A stretch of DNA of 64,000 nt. Origin: a virus. Taxonomy: Duplodnaviria > Caudoviricetes. Within the stretch, counting starts at the first letter, position 1; every line of letters begins with the position of its first letter. A model generated the notes under the pieces. That model saw only the letters and a program-made list of their open reading frames with translations. It had not been told where the DNA came from and made no database searches. Shown here in pieces: positions 19,200 to 28,648 of the stretch. The stretch is from positions 96,001 through 160,000 of the IMG/VR virus record IMGVR_UViG_3300022723_000184; one strand, written 5' to 3'. The translations under genes and the position numbers were made by a program.

Positions 19200-20819
19200 A
19201 TGGCGGTAAGAAATAACCACTGGTACAACGCCAACGAGACTCGCAGCTACCCGCTGGACGAGTCGTCCACGTTGCGCTCCGACCAGGGCGACCTGCTGCC
19301 GAGCGACATCATCACGGACATTAACCTCCGCTACCCCGGCATTTACGGGGACTACCCGTTCCTGGCCAGCGTCGGGATCACCGAGAACCTGGTCAGCCTG
19401 ACGATCCAGGCGGCCACCGCGCCGACCGGAGGACCCGGGCTCAACCCGCTGGCCGTGTTCAGCTTGGCCAAGGACGACCTCGTCGAGGGTCGCCCCTACG
19501 CCCTGGAAGGGCAGGTGGACGGCGCCGGCGGCTGGATCGTCTTCGGGTCGGGCATCCAGGAGCCGTTCACCGGACGCTTCTCCGGGCCCGCACAGGCCCT
19601 CCTGGCCCCGAGGGCGGCCAGGGCCTACAGCACCCTCCCCCTGACCTCCCTGGCCAAGCTGGGCAACCAGCAGGCCCTGACCGGCGTCGTGCAGCTGCTG
19701 GCCGAGGACCCCCTCCAGATCGTCCGTGAGAGCCGGGAGATCGACGGGGTGGAGCGGGACGTGATTGTCCTTCGCCTCTACCAGGCGGGCAACGTGACCG
19801 TGGACGGCCGCGAGGTCAACGTGTTCCAGGCCCTCGGTGGGCCGTGCGTCGGCCGCCCTGAGAGCCAGACGTGCGGCGACCCCACGCCCATCGAGTTCAT
19901 CAACACGGTGGGCCCGGACTGCGACGGAAACCTGACCCTGGTCTTCCAGGGCTGCGCCGAGATCGCCAAGATCATCGACGAGTGCGGGATCGTGATCGAC
20001 TGCGACCAGGGCCTGACCGAGGCCTGCGTGCCCAAACGGCTGCCGGGCGCCGACGGCACCCTGCCCAATGAGTACCCGGACCTCTGCTTCTTCTCCGAGA
20101 GCCCGGAGCCCGAGGAGTCAGAGAGCCCGGAGCCCGAGGAATCGATCAGCGACATTTCTGAGTCACCGGTCGTGGTCGGCGAGCTGCCGTTCATCGAGTG
20201 CTTCGTCCCCGGCGACCTGAGCGCCGGCTGGGATACGAAGGAGGGGCTGTTCGCGTTCATCGACGACAACAGCCCGGACATCTCGATCAGCTGCGAGGCG
20301 GACACCGGTCAGAGCTACGCGTCGCTCGACACGGCGAAAGAGAACATCGCGATCTGGGAGGGCTTCGACGACTCCACGGTCAACCGAGTGGTGACCACGG
20401 ACTTCAAGATGACGATTGGCCCCACCGGCTCGAAGCAGAACGCCGGCGTCATCTTGAACTACCGTCCCGACCTGGCGCTGCAAGGGGCCAACGAATACTT
20501 CTTGGTCCGGGCCGACTACGACACGCAGCGGTTCGAGATCGTTCGGTTCGACGGCTCGTCACTCGTCTTGACCAGCGCCTTCGTCTTCCTCCCAGGCCTC
20601 AAGCTCGACGCTTGGTACCGGATTGTGGCCACGGTCACGATGTCCGGGTCCAAGGTCCTGATCTCGGCCACGATCGAGTCGTTGGACGACAGCAGCCTGT
20701 TCGCTTCGATCGGGCCGATCACTTCCACCCTCTACCTGCCGGACACCGGGTACATGGGGATCTATGCTGACCACGCGCTCAGCCGGTTCTCGTGGTTCGA
20801 GATCAAGGAGGCTCCCTGA
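19200..20819 (+). CDS. Cys-rich tail protein (paralog family)
   Basis: WYNANETRSYPL N-terminus; IEFINTVGPDCDGNL motif; C-terminal beta-sandwich. Confidence 0.55.
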   Translation: MAVRNNHWYNANETRSYPLDESSTLRSDQGDLLPSDIITDINLRYPGIYGDYPFLASVGITENLVSLTIQAATAPTGGPGLNPLAVFSLAKDDLVEGRPYALEGQVDGAGGWIVFGSGIQEPFTGRFSGPAQALLAPRAARAYSTLPLTSLAKLGNQQALTGVVQLLAEDPLQIVRESREIDGVERDVIVLRLYQAGNVTVDGREVNVFQALGGPCVGRPESQTCGDPTPIEFINTVGPDCDGNLTLVFQGCAEIAKIIDECGIVIDCDQGLTEACVPKRLPGADGTLPNEYPDLCFFSESPEPEESESPEPEESISDISESPVVVGELPFIECFVPGDLSAGWDTKEGLFAFIDDNSPDISISCEADTGQSYASLDTAKENIAIWEGFDDSTVNRVVTTDFKMTIGPTGSKQNAGVILNYRPDLALQGANEYFLVRADYDTQRFEIVRFDGSSLVLTSAFVFLPGLKLDAWYRIVATVTMSGSKVLISATIESLDDSSLFASIGPITSTLYLPDTGYMGIYADHALSRFSWFEIKEAP

Positions 20820-21646
20820 TGGCTAAGCGGATCCTCCACCCCGAGTGGCGGGACGAATACGAGACGACCAAGTATCCGTTCGGCGCCGGCGCGACGCTGA
20901 CCAACGGGGTCGACGTGTTCATCGAGGGTCTGTTCCTGGACGCCGTCGTCTACCCGATCGGCGGCCAGGCCCGCATGTACATCTCGAAGGTCAACGTCAC
21001 CCACAACCGCGTGACGCTGACCATCGGCGACCCGTTCAACGCGAACCTGGCTACCGGGTCGTTCGACCTCATCAACCCGCCCGACCGCTTCAAACTGGAA
21101 GACCAGTACGGCAGGCCGGCGGGCATCTTCATCTCTGAGACCCTACGGCTATCGACGTTCCAGAGCTGGGCGGTCGGCGATCACCTGTTCAGCGTGGACC
21201 AGTCGGAGCTGGCGGCCACGGTCTGCGTGCCGACGCCGGAGGTCGGTGTGCGGGGCATCCAGCTGGCCGACGGCAGCCTGTTCACGGGCGACGTCTACCT
21301 GGTGGGCGACGACGGCGTGGTGCTGAGCACCGAGGAGATCGAGGAGCCGACACCGTGCGGCCAGCCCAACCGACTGGTCACCGCGATCCGCGTGGATCTG
21401 GTGGGCGACCCGTTGTTCCGCAGGCGACTGTGTCAGGGCAACAACCTGTTCGCCACGCCCAGGTTCATCAAGACGATCACGTTCGACGACGGCAAGCAGC
21501 AGGTGACCTGTTCGCCCGACCAGGTGGGCGACGTGAAGGTGACGCCGAACAATGATCTGGCCGAGGACACCGTGCTCCGGATCAAGGCGACGGAGGACGG
21601 TATCGTGGTCAGGGCCGAGGGCACGACGCTCTCCGGCGTGAGGTAA
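20819..21646 (+). CDS. Tail protein (paralog family)
   Basis: WRDEYETTKYPF N-terminus; similar layout to 11679-12632. Confidence 0.55.
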   Translation: MAKRILHPEWRDEYETTKYPFGAGATLTNGVDVFIEGLFLDAVVYPIGGQARMYISKVNVTHNRVTLTIGDPFNANLATGSFDLINPPDRFKLEDQYGRPAGIFISETLRLSTFQSWAVGDHLFSVDQSELAATVCVPTPEVGVRGIQLADGSLFTGDVYLVGDDGVVLSTEEIEEPTPCGQPNRLVTAIRVDLVGDPLFRRRLCQGNNLFATPRFIKTITFDDGKQQVTCSPDQVGDVKVTPNNDLAEDTVLRIKATEDGIVVRAEGTTLSGVR

Positions 21647-21650
21647 CTGC

Positions 21651-22196
21651 ATGAAGCACTGTACTAAATGCAACAAAAGGAAAAGCAACAAGGCTTTTTC
21701 GTCGGACGCGTCTAAAGGTGACGGGCTGTATCCTTACTGCCTTGAGTGCCAGAGAGCGTATCACCGAACCAGAAGGAAGCGAAGAAAGCACGCGGTGTCT
21801 GTGGCAGAAAAAACCTGCGCCAAATGCTCTCAAGAGAAAATAGCGTCCGAGTTCTCGACCAATCCGACCAACAAGGACGGGCTACACGCGTACTGTCACA
21901 CGTGTGCGGCAGAAACACGCCGGCGGCGTTACCTAGAACACTCGGACTACTACAAGTCTTTAGCAGCTAAACGAAGAGCCATACGTAGAGGTGCTCGGGT
22001 CGAGACCAATATAAGTCGAAAAGAAATCTGGGAACGTGACGGTGGTATTTGTCAGCTGTGCTTTAGTCCGGTGCTGTTTGAAGATATGCACCTAGATCAC
22101 AAGGTGCCTTTGTCTCGCGGCGGCTCGCACTCGAAAAAGAATACTCAGGTGGCTCATTCCAGATGTAACTTGAGAAAGCACGCTAAGGTTTTCTAG
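21651..22196 (+). CDS. HNH homing endonuclease with repeated Cys zinc-finger units
   Basis: RDGGICQLC..HLDHKVPLSRGGSHSKKNTQVAHSRCN; lower GC than flanks. Confidence 0.9.
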   Translation: MKHCTKCNKRKSNKAFSSDASKGDGLYPYCLECQRAYHRTRRKRRKHAVSVAEKTCAKCSQEKIASEFSTNPTNKDGLHAYCHTCAAETRRRRYLEHSDYYKSLAAKRRAIRRGARVETNISRKEIWERDGGICQLCFSPVLFEDMHLDHKVPLSRGGSHSKKNTQVAHSRCNLRKHAKVF

Positions 22197-23212
22197 TGGG
22201 AAAAGTAGACTTCTACAACGACAACGCCAACCGGGCCTACCCGTTCGTTACGGGTACGGTGCACAGCCGTCCGCCCGGCGTGCCGCTCACGGTCAAGGAC
22301 CTGCCCAACGGGCTGATCGTTGACGCCGGCTTCCTCATGGGCCTGCAGTCAGGTTACGACGCGGAGCTGCACGAGGTGTACCTGCACGAGATCCGTCGGC
22401 AGGGCACCACCTTCTTCATTGAGTTCCGATCGACGGCACCCGGCCTCTTCGAGAGGCCGCTGATCTTCACCCGGGAGATCGGCGACAACACGTACGCCGT
22501 GGAATACGTCGACAACTTCCAGGAGCCGGTGTCCAGCGAGTCGGCGTCGTCCTCGTTCTCCGCCTCGGGCAGCGAGGGACCGTGCCCGCCCGAGCCCTTG
22601 TGGTCCGGGTTCCTGGTGACCGGCAAGCTCTCGGCCTTCGAGACGGCGTTGCCCGCGGACGACGAGATCACCCGGACCGACGATGACGACGGCCTGCTGG
22701 AGCCGGCCCTGATCCAGAGCATGGTGGTCGGGTACATCGATTCGCTGAACGTGGCGAACAACGACCGGACCCGGGTCACGGCGCCTGAAGACTGCCCGCC
22801 CGTGGTCTGGGACTACCCAACGGACATCGTGTACGTCCGAGATACTTGCATCCGAGGCGACGTCCGGCTGCGGCCCGGATTCAACACGATCATCGTTCAG
22901 AATCAGTTCGAGAACTCACTGACCATCACGCCGTCGGTCGGGGCCGGTGCCGGCCAGCCCTGCGAGTCGGTGCCCTTGTTCAACGGCGAGATGCCGCCCG
23001 ACGACAGCATCCTGCTTGAAGGCGGGCCGACGTGCGGCGACGTGCTACGATCGATCAACGGCAAGAGCGGCCGGGTCATTGAGTTCTTGGCCGAGCAGGG
23101 CGTGACGATCTCGCCCGACCCAGAAAACCACAGGCTTACGATCAACGTCGACATGACGGGCCTGGCCCTGTGCTACGAGTCCGACGTGTCCCAGGTGTCT
23201 GAGCAACTGTAA
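22196..23212 (+). CDS. Tail protein (paralog family)
   Basis: FYNDNANRAYPF N-terminus; VLRSING motif. Confidence 0.55.
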   Translation: MGKVDFYNDNANRAYPFVTGTVHSRPPGVPLTVKDLPNGLIVDAGFLMGLQSGYDAELHEVYLHEIRRQGTTFFIEFRSTAPGLFERPLIFTREIGDNTYAVEYVDNFQEPVSSESASSSFSASGSEGPCPPEPLWSGFLVTGKLSAFETALPADDEITRTDDDDGLLEPALIQSMVVGYIDSLNVANNDRTRVTAPEDCPPVVWDYPTDIVYVRDTCIRGDVRLRPGFNTIIVQNQFENSLTITPSVGAGAGQPCESVPLFNGEMPPDDSILLEGGPTCGDVLRSINGKSGRVIEFLAEQGVTISPDPENHRLTINVDMTGLALCYESDVSQVSEQL

Positions 23213-24087
23213 TGGCGAACGGCTCCCAAGATCCTGTTTTCGATCCAGACAAATGCCCTGTGCCATTTGTCCAGCGTATCCCTCAGCGGGACATCATCGA
23301 AGACTGCGACATTCCAGGGCCGCCGGACCCGATCTTTGATTGCCCTGACGCCTCCATCAACATCCCGCCCCCAGTCATCAACCCGATCGTCCCGTGTCCC
23401 CAGGTCGAGACCGAGGTCACGGTCTCTGGCGCCACGTTCACGGTGGAAGTGGAGAAAGAGGATCCGTGTCTCCTGACGTTCAAATACGATCTGACTGTTA
23501 CCGGTGGCGGAGGCGACTGCCCTGAGATAACCGCTGAGGCCTCGATCGATTGCGATACAGAAGAATGCGGGGTGAGCGTAGAAGTAACTAAAGACGCGCA
23601 GCAATGTGCGTATGAGTTTGATTTTGCATTTTCCGTACCAAAAGGTGCCGACGGCGCCCAAGGCTCGCAGGGTCCACAAGGCCCGCAGGGCTCGAAGTTC
23701 GCGATCATCGAGGTGACCGACGACCAGGGCGACGAGCAGTTCCTCGGCCTGTTTTGCACCGAGATGCCTGAGTCGTACTTCATGGACATCATGGATCTGA
23801 AGGTGCAGGCCTATCAGACCGCGGTGCCCATGGACCGAAACTTCCTGAAGGCGTGCGAAGGGAACAGCTTCCGGGTCGTGAGCGTGGTGCCCACGGACCC
23901 GATCCAGTACGGTGCGTTCATCGACGACGACAAGGTGGTGCTCCGCACCCAGGAGCACGCCAAGTGCGACAGGGCGACGGTCATGGTCGCCGGCATCCGC
24001 AGGCACTTCGCGGGCCAGAGATTCCCGGTCTTCTCCCGCGAGCAGAAGGCACAGAACGACCGGTTCTGGGGCTCGGCGTTCGAGTAG
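23212..24087 (+). CDS. Tail fibre-like protein with short collagen triplet repeat
   Basis: GADGAQGSQGPQGPQG; Cys/Pro-rich N-terminus. Confidence 0.55.
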   Translation: MANGSQDPVFDPDKCPVPFVQRIPQRDIIEDCDIPGPPDPIFDCPDASINIPPPVINPIVPCPQVETEVTVSGATFTVEVEKEDPCLLTFKYDLTVTGGGGDCPEITAEASIDCDTEECGVSVEVTKDAQQCAYEFDFAFSVPKGADGAQGSQGPQGPQGSKFAIIEVTDDQGDEQFLGLFCTEMPESYFMDIMDLKVQAYQTAVPMDRNFLKACEGNSFRVVSVVPTDPIQYGAFIDDDKVVLRTQEHAKCDRATVMVAGIRRHFAGQRFPVFSREQKAQNDRFWGSAFE

Positions 24088-24094
24088 GGTCCGC

Positions 24095-26077
24095 ATGGCT
24101 AGGCAACCCATACTGCTGCAGCACCGCTGGGCGCTGGGCGACGCAGTCCTGTTCACGGGCCTGTGCCGAGACATCCAGCTCAACCACCCCGGCAAGTACC
24201 AGGTCTACGTCGACACGCATTTCCGAGACGTGTTTACCAACAACCCCAACGCCACGCTCAAGGAGCGGATGCCGGCCCGTGAGGCTCGACGCATGCGTCC
24301 CGTCAAGATCTCGTACAAGGACGGGATCCGGATGGCCGGACGCGGCAACAAGATCCACATGCTCAGCGAGTACCACCGGGACTTCGAGAAGAAGACCGGG
24401 ATCAGGTGCCCGGTCCGTCGGCCCAAGGGAGACATCCACCTGGTCGGCGAAGAGAACGAGCCGATCGTCAAGGGCCGCTACTGGGTGATCCAGGCCGGCG
24501 GCAAGCTGGACATGACCAACAAGTTCTGGTGGTACAGCCGCTATCAGCAGGTCGTCGACCGCCTGGCCAAGCAGGGCGTCAGCTGCGTGCAGAGCGGGGT
24601 GCGGCACAACAACCACCGGCATCCCGATCTCCGCAACTGTCTGAATCTGGTCAACAAGTTTCAGTCTGCCCGGGAGTTCTTCAACCTGATCAAGTATGCC
24701 GACGGCTTCATCGGTCCGATTACCGGGGGCATGCACGTCGCGGCCTGCTTCGACAAGCCGTGCGTCGTCCTGGCTGGAGGTCGTGAGGAGCCTTGGTGGG
24801 AGGCGTATACGAACGCGTACAATGCGTTCGGCCCCCAGTGCGACCCGGTCAAAGTGGAACACCGGTTCCTGCACACCGTGGGCCTGCTGAGCTGTTGCGA
24901 GGCGAAGGGCTGTTGGAAGAAGCGGGTGGTGCCCTTGGACCCGGCCGACACACTTAAGAACGCGGACAAACTGTGCAAGATGCCTGTACAGCACAATGAC
25001 CAGGCGGTCGGCCAGTGCATGGACATGATTTCGGTAGATCACGTGGTGGAGGCGATAATGAGCTATTACGAGGATGGAGCGATACCGCCGGTTGGCGACA
25101 CGAGCGGGAAGTACCGGGACGAGGATGACGACGAACAGTTCGAGACCCCGAAGCTCGTCGACCCCGGCAACCTCCCGCCGGTGATCAGCACGCCGCCCAT
25201 CGTCCGGAATCGGCCGCAGCTGATAAAGAAGCCGGCGGCCCGCCCTGAGCCCGAGAAGCCCAAGATCCCGTCACCGGCACAGGCCCCGCCCCCACCCTCG
25301 TTCAAGGTCGCGGCGAGCCCTATTATCGGCGGCAAGTTCACGGTCTTCGTCCTGTGCTACGGGCCGTTCCCCGAGCTGGCCAAGCGGTGCCTGGGTTCGA
25401 TCCTCGACACGACGCCGCCCGAGATGCTCGACATCCGCGTGGCCTGCAACGAGTGCTCGCCCGACACGATCAAGTACCTGAGCACGCTGCCCATCACCAA
25501 GACCTACGTCAACCAAAAGAACCGCAAGAAGTACCCGGTGATGCGGGAGATGTTCTGGGACCAAACCTGCCCGATCACCACCAACTACGTGTTGTGGTTC
25601 GACGACGACACGCAGATCGTCGATCCCAACTGGCTGGTCCGGCTCAGCGAAACGATCGTGGCCAACCACCCACACGGCAACCGGATGTTCGGCACCCGGC
25701 TGATCCACGACATGCGGGTGTTCGCCAAGAACGGCAACCGGCCCGACACGTGGTTCCGACAGGCCGATTGGTTTCAGGGCCGCAACTTCCGGGTGCGTGG
25801 CAGGAACATAGAGGCGCCCAACGGCTCGATCATCGAGTTCGCCGTCGGCTACTTCTGGGCTCTGGCCACCGAGACGATCCGGAAGGCGAACATCCCGGAC
25901 CCCCGACTCAACCACAACGGCGGCGACATCACGATCGGCGAGCAGGTGCACCAGGCCGGGGCCAAGATCAAGATGTTCAACAAGGACAAAGTGTTCGTCT
26001 GGTGCCCGAAGAGGGAGGCAGGTGGAAGACGAGGTTACGCGGAAAATTTTCCTTGGTCGGCGGGGCGTGGCGTATAA
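24095..26077 (+). CDS. Two-domain glycosyltransferase: GT9 (heptosyltransferase-like) + Pro-rich linker + GT-A/GT2-like
   Basis: ALGDAVL..; FIGPITGGMHVAACFDKPCVVLAGG (GT9); FTVFVLCYG..CLGSI..VACN..LWFDDD (GT-A DxD). Confidence 0.8.
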   Translation: MARQPILLQHRWALGDAVLFTGLCRDIQLNHPGKYQVYVDTHFRDVFTNNPNATLKERMPAREARRMRPVKISYKDGIRMAGRGNKIHMLSEYHRDFEKKTGIRCPVRRPKGDIHLVGEENEPIVKGRYWVIQAGGKLDMTNKFWWYSRYQQVVDRLAKQGVSCVQSGVRHNNHRHPDLRNCLNLVNKFQSAREFFNLIKYADGFIGPITGGMHVAACFDKPCVVLAGGREEPWWEAYTNAYNAFGPQCDPVKVEHRFLHTVGLLSCCEAKGCWKKRVVPLDPADTLKNADKLCKMPVQHNDQAVGQCMDMISVDHVVEAIMSYYEDGAIPPVGDTSGKYRDEDDDEQFETPKLVDPGNLPPVISTPPIVRNRPQLIKKPAARPEPEKPKIPSPAQAPPPPSFKVAASPIIGGKFTVFVLCYGPFPELAKRCLGSILDTTPPEMLDIRVACNECSPDTIKYLSTLPITKTYVNQKNRKKYPVMREMFWDQTCPITTNYVLWFDDDTQIVDPNWLVRLSETIVANHPHGNRMFGTRLIHDMRVFAKNGNRPDTWFRQADWFQGRNFRVRGRNIEAPNGSIIEFAVGYFWALATETIRKANIPDPRLNHNGGDITIGEQVHQAGAKIKMFNKDKVFVWCPKREAGGRRGYAENFPWSAGRGV

Positions 26078-26078
26078 T
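26073..26078 (+). promoter_or_regulatory. -10 box TATAAT upstream of a rod-like RNA candidate
   Basis: TATAATAC, same as the promoter boxes of the array leader and solitary repeats. Confidence 0.5.
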
Positions 26079-26086
26079 ACTTCCAT

Positions 26087-26197
26087 GGGTAACGGTAACG
26101 CAAAAGACATGGCCGGTTAACGGTTTGGTCGCCTCCTGGTCCTTCAACGAGAAGCGGTTGACGGAGCCAAGAACGCCATGTGGTTGGTCCGTTACCC
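26087..26197 (+). ncRNA. Candidate structured (rod-like) small RNA
   Basis: Nested pairings GGGTAACGG/CCGTTACCC, CATGGC/GCCATG, TTGG/CCAA, CTCC/GGAG, TCAAC/GTTGA in intergenic DNA. Confidence 0.5.
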
Positions 26198-26228
26198 GAG
26201 CCCTGACCACCCCCGTCGGGGGTCGCGA

Positions 26229-26588
26229 ATGAAAACTGGTCCGCAGCTAGTCATCAACCACATGATCTTCTTCGACATGATCGGAGACCCCGCCTTCTAC
26301 TCGAAGGTGCCGGCCTTCTTCTTCATGCGGGACCAGGGTCTGGCCATCCACAAGAAGATCACCGACGCGGTCCTGGAGAAGGCAGGGTGCCGGGGCTGCA
26401 CGAACATGCGCCAGCAGGTCTGGCCGATCTTCCAGGTCTTCGCTCAGCAGGCCTTCCTGCTTGGCCAGGAGAATCCGGAAGCTCTAAAGCCTTTGGGGGA
26501 TTACATTGCAGGGAAGAAGGGCTACCGACCTACAGAAATACTGCTGTATTTCAGATATCAAGGAATAACGCATAAACTTGTAATATGA
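26229..26588 (+). CDS. Hypothetical CxxC protein (paralog of 27723-28037)
   Basis: GCRGC motif; LVI N-terminus; C-terminal beta hairpin like 27723-28037. Confidence 0.55.
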   Translation: MKTGPQLVINHMIFFDMIGDPAFYSKVPAFFFMRDQGLAIHKKITDAVLEKAGCRGCTNMRQQVWPIFQVFAQQAFLLGQENPEALKPLGDYIAGKKGYRPTEILLYFRYQGITHKLVI

Positions 26589-27244
26589 AAACTACAACGA
26601 AACCAAAACACGGAAGATTTAACGACCTAGAAGGTCGCAAATTTTCTAGATGGGCCGTAGTAGGTTATGCAGGCAGGAAACTTACCGGGAAACAGATGAA
26701 GACTTTCTGGTGGTGCCGTTGCTCTTGCGGTACCACTCGGCAGGTGGAGGCGCAATCTCTGAGTTCCGACGGATCTAAGTCTTGCGGATGTTACGAACGC
26801 GAGGTTGCGGGCGAGCACAGGCGAGTACACGGCGGCACAGGAACAGTAGAGTACACAACCTGGAAAAGGCTTCGCAGCAGATGCAACAATCCAAAATCGC
26901 CTGACTGGAACAATTACGGGGGAAGAGGAATAAGGGTATGTGCCGAGTGGGACGCTATTGAAACCGGATTCTCCAAGTTCTTGCTCGATATGGGTCCCAG
27001 GCCAGGCGACTATTATTCCGTAGAGCGCAAGGACAACGACGGACCGTATAGCGCGGAAAACTGCGTATGGGCGACAAACTACGAACAGAGCCGAAACAGG
27101 CGAACTAACCACATGTTTACCTGGGAAGGTGAAACTCTGTGTCTGAAAGACTGGGCAAATCGTTTCAACATTAAATACGACAAGTTGCGTCGCAGGTTGT
27201 TAAAATACGGATGGCCTTTTTACCGGGCAATCACGACAGCGTAG
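26585..27244 (+). CDS. HNH homing endonuclease
   Basis: DLEGRKFSRWAV..WWCRCSCG..KSCGC; YGGRGIRVC.EW; SVERKDNDGPYSAENCVWA; low GC. Confidence 0.9.
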   Translation: MKTTTKPKHGRFNDLEGRKFSRWAVVGYAGRKLTGKQMKTFWWCRCSCGTTRQVEAQSLSSDGSKSCGCYEREVAGEHRRVHGGTGTVEYTTWKRLRSRCNNPKSPDWNNYGGRGIRVCAEWDAIETGFSKFLLDMGPRPGDYYSVERKDNDGPYSAENCVWATNYEQSRNRRTNHMFTWEGETLCLKDWANRFNIKYDKLRRRLLKYGWPFYRAITTA

Positions 27245-27261
27245 ACGCAAGGAGGCCAGGG

Positions 27262-27714
27262 ATGGCCAGAGGCATCAGGCTCACACGACACTCGGTCAAG
27301 AACGCCAACCACTGGCACCTCCGCGCCTTCCGGCTGCGGATCGAGGTGGCCGAGACCAGCCCCGACATGAGCCGATACGTCTTCGTCTACCGGCGGCACC
27401 CTCCGGACCCGTACACCGGCGAGGTCTTCGACGAGTTCTGCACCGTCGCGAGCCCCGTTGACATGAGCGAGTACCCGGTGGGCGCCCCCGACCCCAACCT
27501 GCCGTTCCCGTTCTTCCGAAAGGATTTCATTGAGGTCGACGTCCGGTCGCTCAAGGACTTCGACGAGACGTGGGACCTTGTCGTGAAGCAGGTCTGCGTC
27601 CTGACCCAGGCCCTCGACGACATGGAGAACCTGGTGCAGGACGAGGAGGCGGTATGCGGTACGCTGCCCAGCGGTTCCGAGTCAGTCTCCGAGTCCGAAT
27701 CGGTCTCGTCGTAG
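27262..27714 (+). CDS. Hypothetical protein
   Basis: RBS AAGGAGG; coding-like composition. Confidence 0.65.
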   Translation: MARGIRLTRHSVKNANHWHLRAFRLRIEVAETSPDMSRYVFVYRRHPPDPYTGEVFDEFCTVASPVDMSEYPVGAPDPNLPFPFFRKDFIEVDVRSLKDFDETWDLVVKQVCVLTQALDDMENLVQDEEAVCGTLPSGSESVSESESVSS

Positions 27715-27722
27715 GAGCGGCC

Positions 27723-28037
27723 ATGGCCACAGCAGCACACAAGCTGGTCGTGATCCAGGACAACACCCTGAAGAACATGGCCAAGCAAACGCGGTTCACC
27801 AAGGAGTTCCCGTTCCTTCAGTCGCTCAACCGACTGAACCAGGGCGCCCCGAAGCGAGGTTGCGGCGGGTGCCGATCGAGCAACAACCGGGTGTCCGAGG
27901 TATTCGCTGCGGCAAAGCGTGCGCTGGCCTCGCTGCCGGCCTCGAAGAAGCGGGTGCTCAAGGAGCTGCTTGGGGCTAAGAAGGTGCGGGTTACCTACCG
28001 TCAAGCAGGCGGGAAGACGGTCGAACTGACCTTTTAA
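27723..28037 (+). CDS. Hypothetical CxxC protein (paralog of 26229-26588)
   Basis: RBS AGGAG; GCGGC motif. Confidence 0.6.
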   Translation: MATAAHKLVVIQDNTLKNMAKQTRFTKEFPFLQSLNRLNQGAPKRGCGGCRSSNNRVSEVFAAAKRALASLPASKKRVLKELLGAKKVRVTYRQAGGKTVELTF

Positions 28038-28138
28038 AGTCACGCCTTTTGAACCGGTATGCCGGCATGTTGACACCAGTACGGCTACCTAAATAAACGT
28101 GTTTTTTGCGTCAAAATACATGCAGGCAAATTAGCCCG

Positions 28139-28174
28139 GTCTCATCTTCTAAACCGATGAGCAGGTATTAAGAT
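28139..28174 (-). CRISPR. Solitary CRISPR repeat C with leader end and -10 box
   Basis: 35/36 identical to the array repeat; preceded on - strand by TATAAT-ACCGAGG, like the array leader TATAAT-GCCGCGG. Confidence 0.92.
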
Positions 28175-28196
28175 CCTCGGTATTATAGCCGAACCG

Positions 28197-28227
28197 CACC
28201 CGGCACATCGCCGGGTGTTTTTCTTTT
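28197..28227 (+). terminator. Rho-independent terminator ending the structural operon
   Basis: CACCCGGC-ACATC-GCCGGGTG followed by TTTTTCTTTT. Confidence 0.8.
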
Positions 28228-28328
28228 CACCCCACCCCTCGTCCCGGTAGGCGTCCTGCTTGCCGGGGCTTTCGTCGCGGGCCTGTTGTCCGCGACTACT
28301 ACCACCTCCTCCAGAAGGGAAAATTGTC

Positions 28329-28613
28329 ATGATCGATCACAACCCCGTCCCCGCCATCCTCGTCCAGGACATCATCGACAACCAGGATCTGGGCCGTGCG
28401 ACCAACTTGGTCGCCTACGTCCGCAAGAATCTGCTGACCTCAGCCCGCGAAACAGGCCTCAGCAATATTGCGGTTGAGCGTTTAATCTCCAGCACGTTGG
28501 AACGGCTGACCCGTGGGGTGCGTGAGAATGCACCAAAAGACCGTCGATTTTTGTTCTGGGTCAACGACCGTCTCCTGCGGCGTGAGATCCTCGAAGGCCG
28601 GATCGCCGCGTAA
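28329..28613 (+). CDS. Hypothetical protein
   Basis: RBS GAAGGGA; 94 aa. Confidence 0.55.
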   Translation: MIDHNPVPAILVQDIIDNQDLGRATNLVAYVRKNLLTSARETGLSNIAVERLISSTLERLTRGVRENAPKDRRFLFWVNDRLLRREILEGRIAA

Positions 28614-28648
28614 GCGATCGGCATCGATCCTTCAGAGAAAGGGACAAC

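Noticed and set aside
26355-26390. Partial match of spacer 8 (about 25/36, core CGACGCGGTCCT.GAGAA) as self-targeting
   Set aside because: Seed end mismatched; similarity explained by a common peptide (DAVLE) in GC-rich codons
28070-28227. tracrRNA interpretation of the inverted repeat at 28139 (TTGACA upstream, terminator downstream)
   Set aside because: It is a full 36-nt repeat with the leader end and -10 box, duplicated at 40027; Cas12m is reported to be tracr-independent; no well-spaced -10 for the TTGACA
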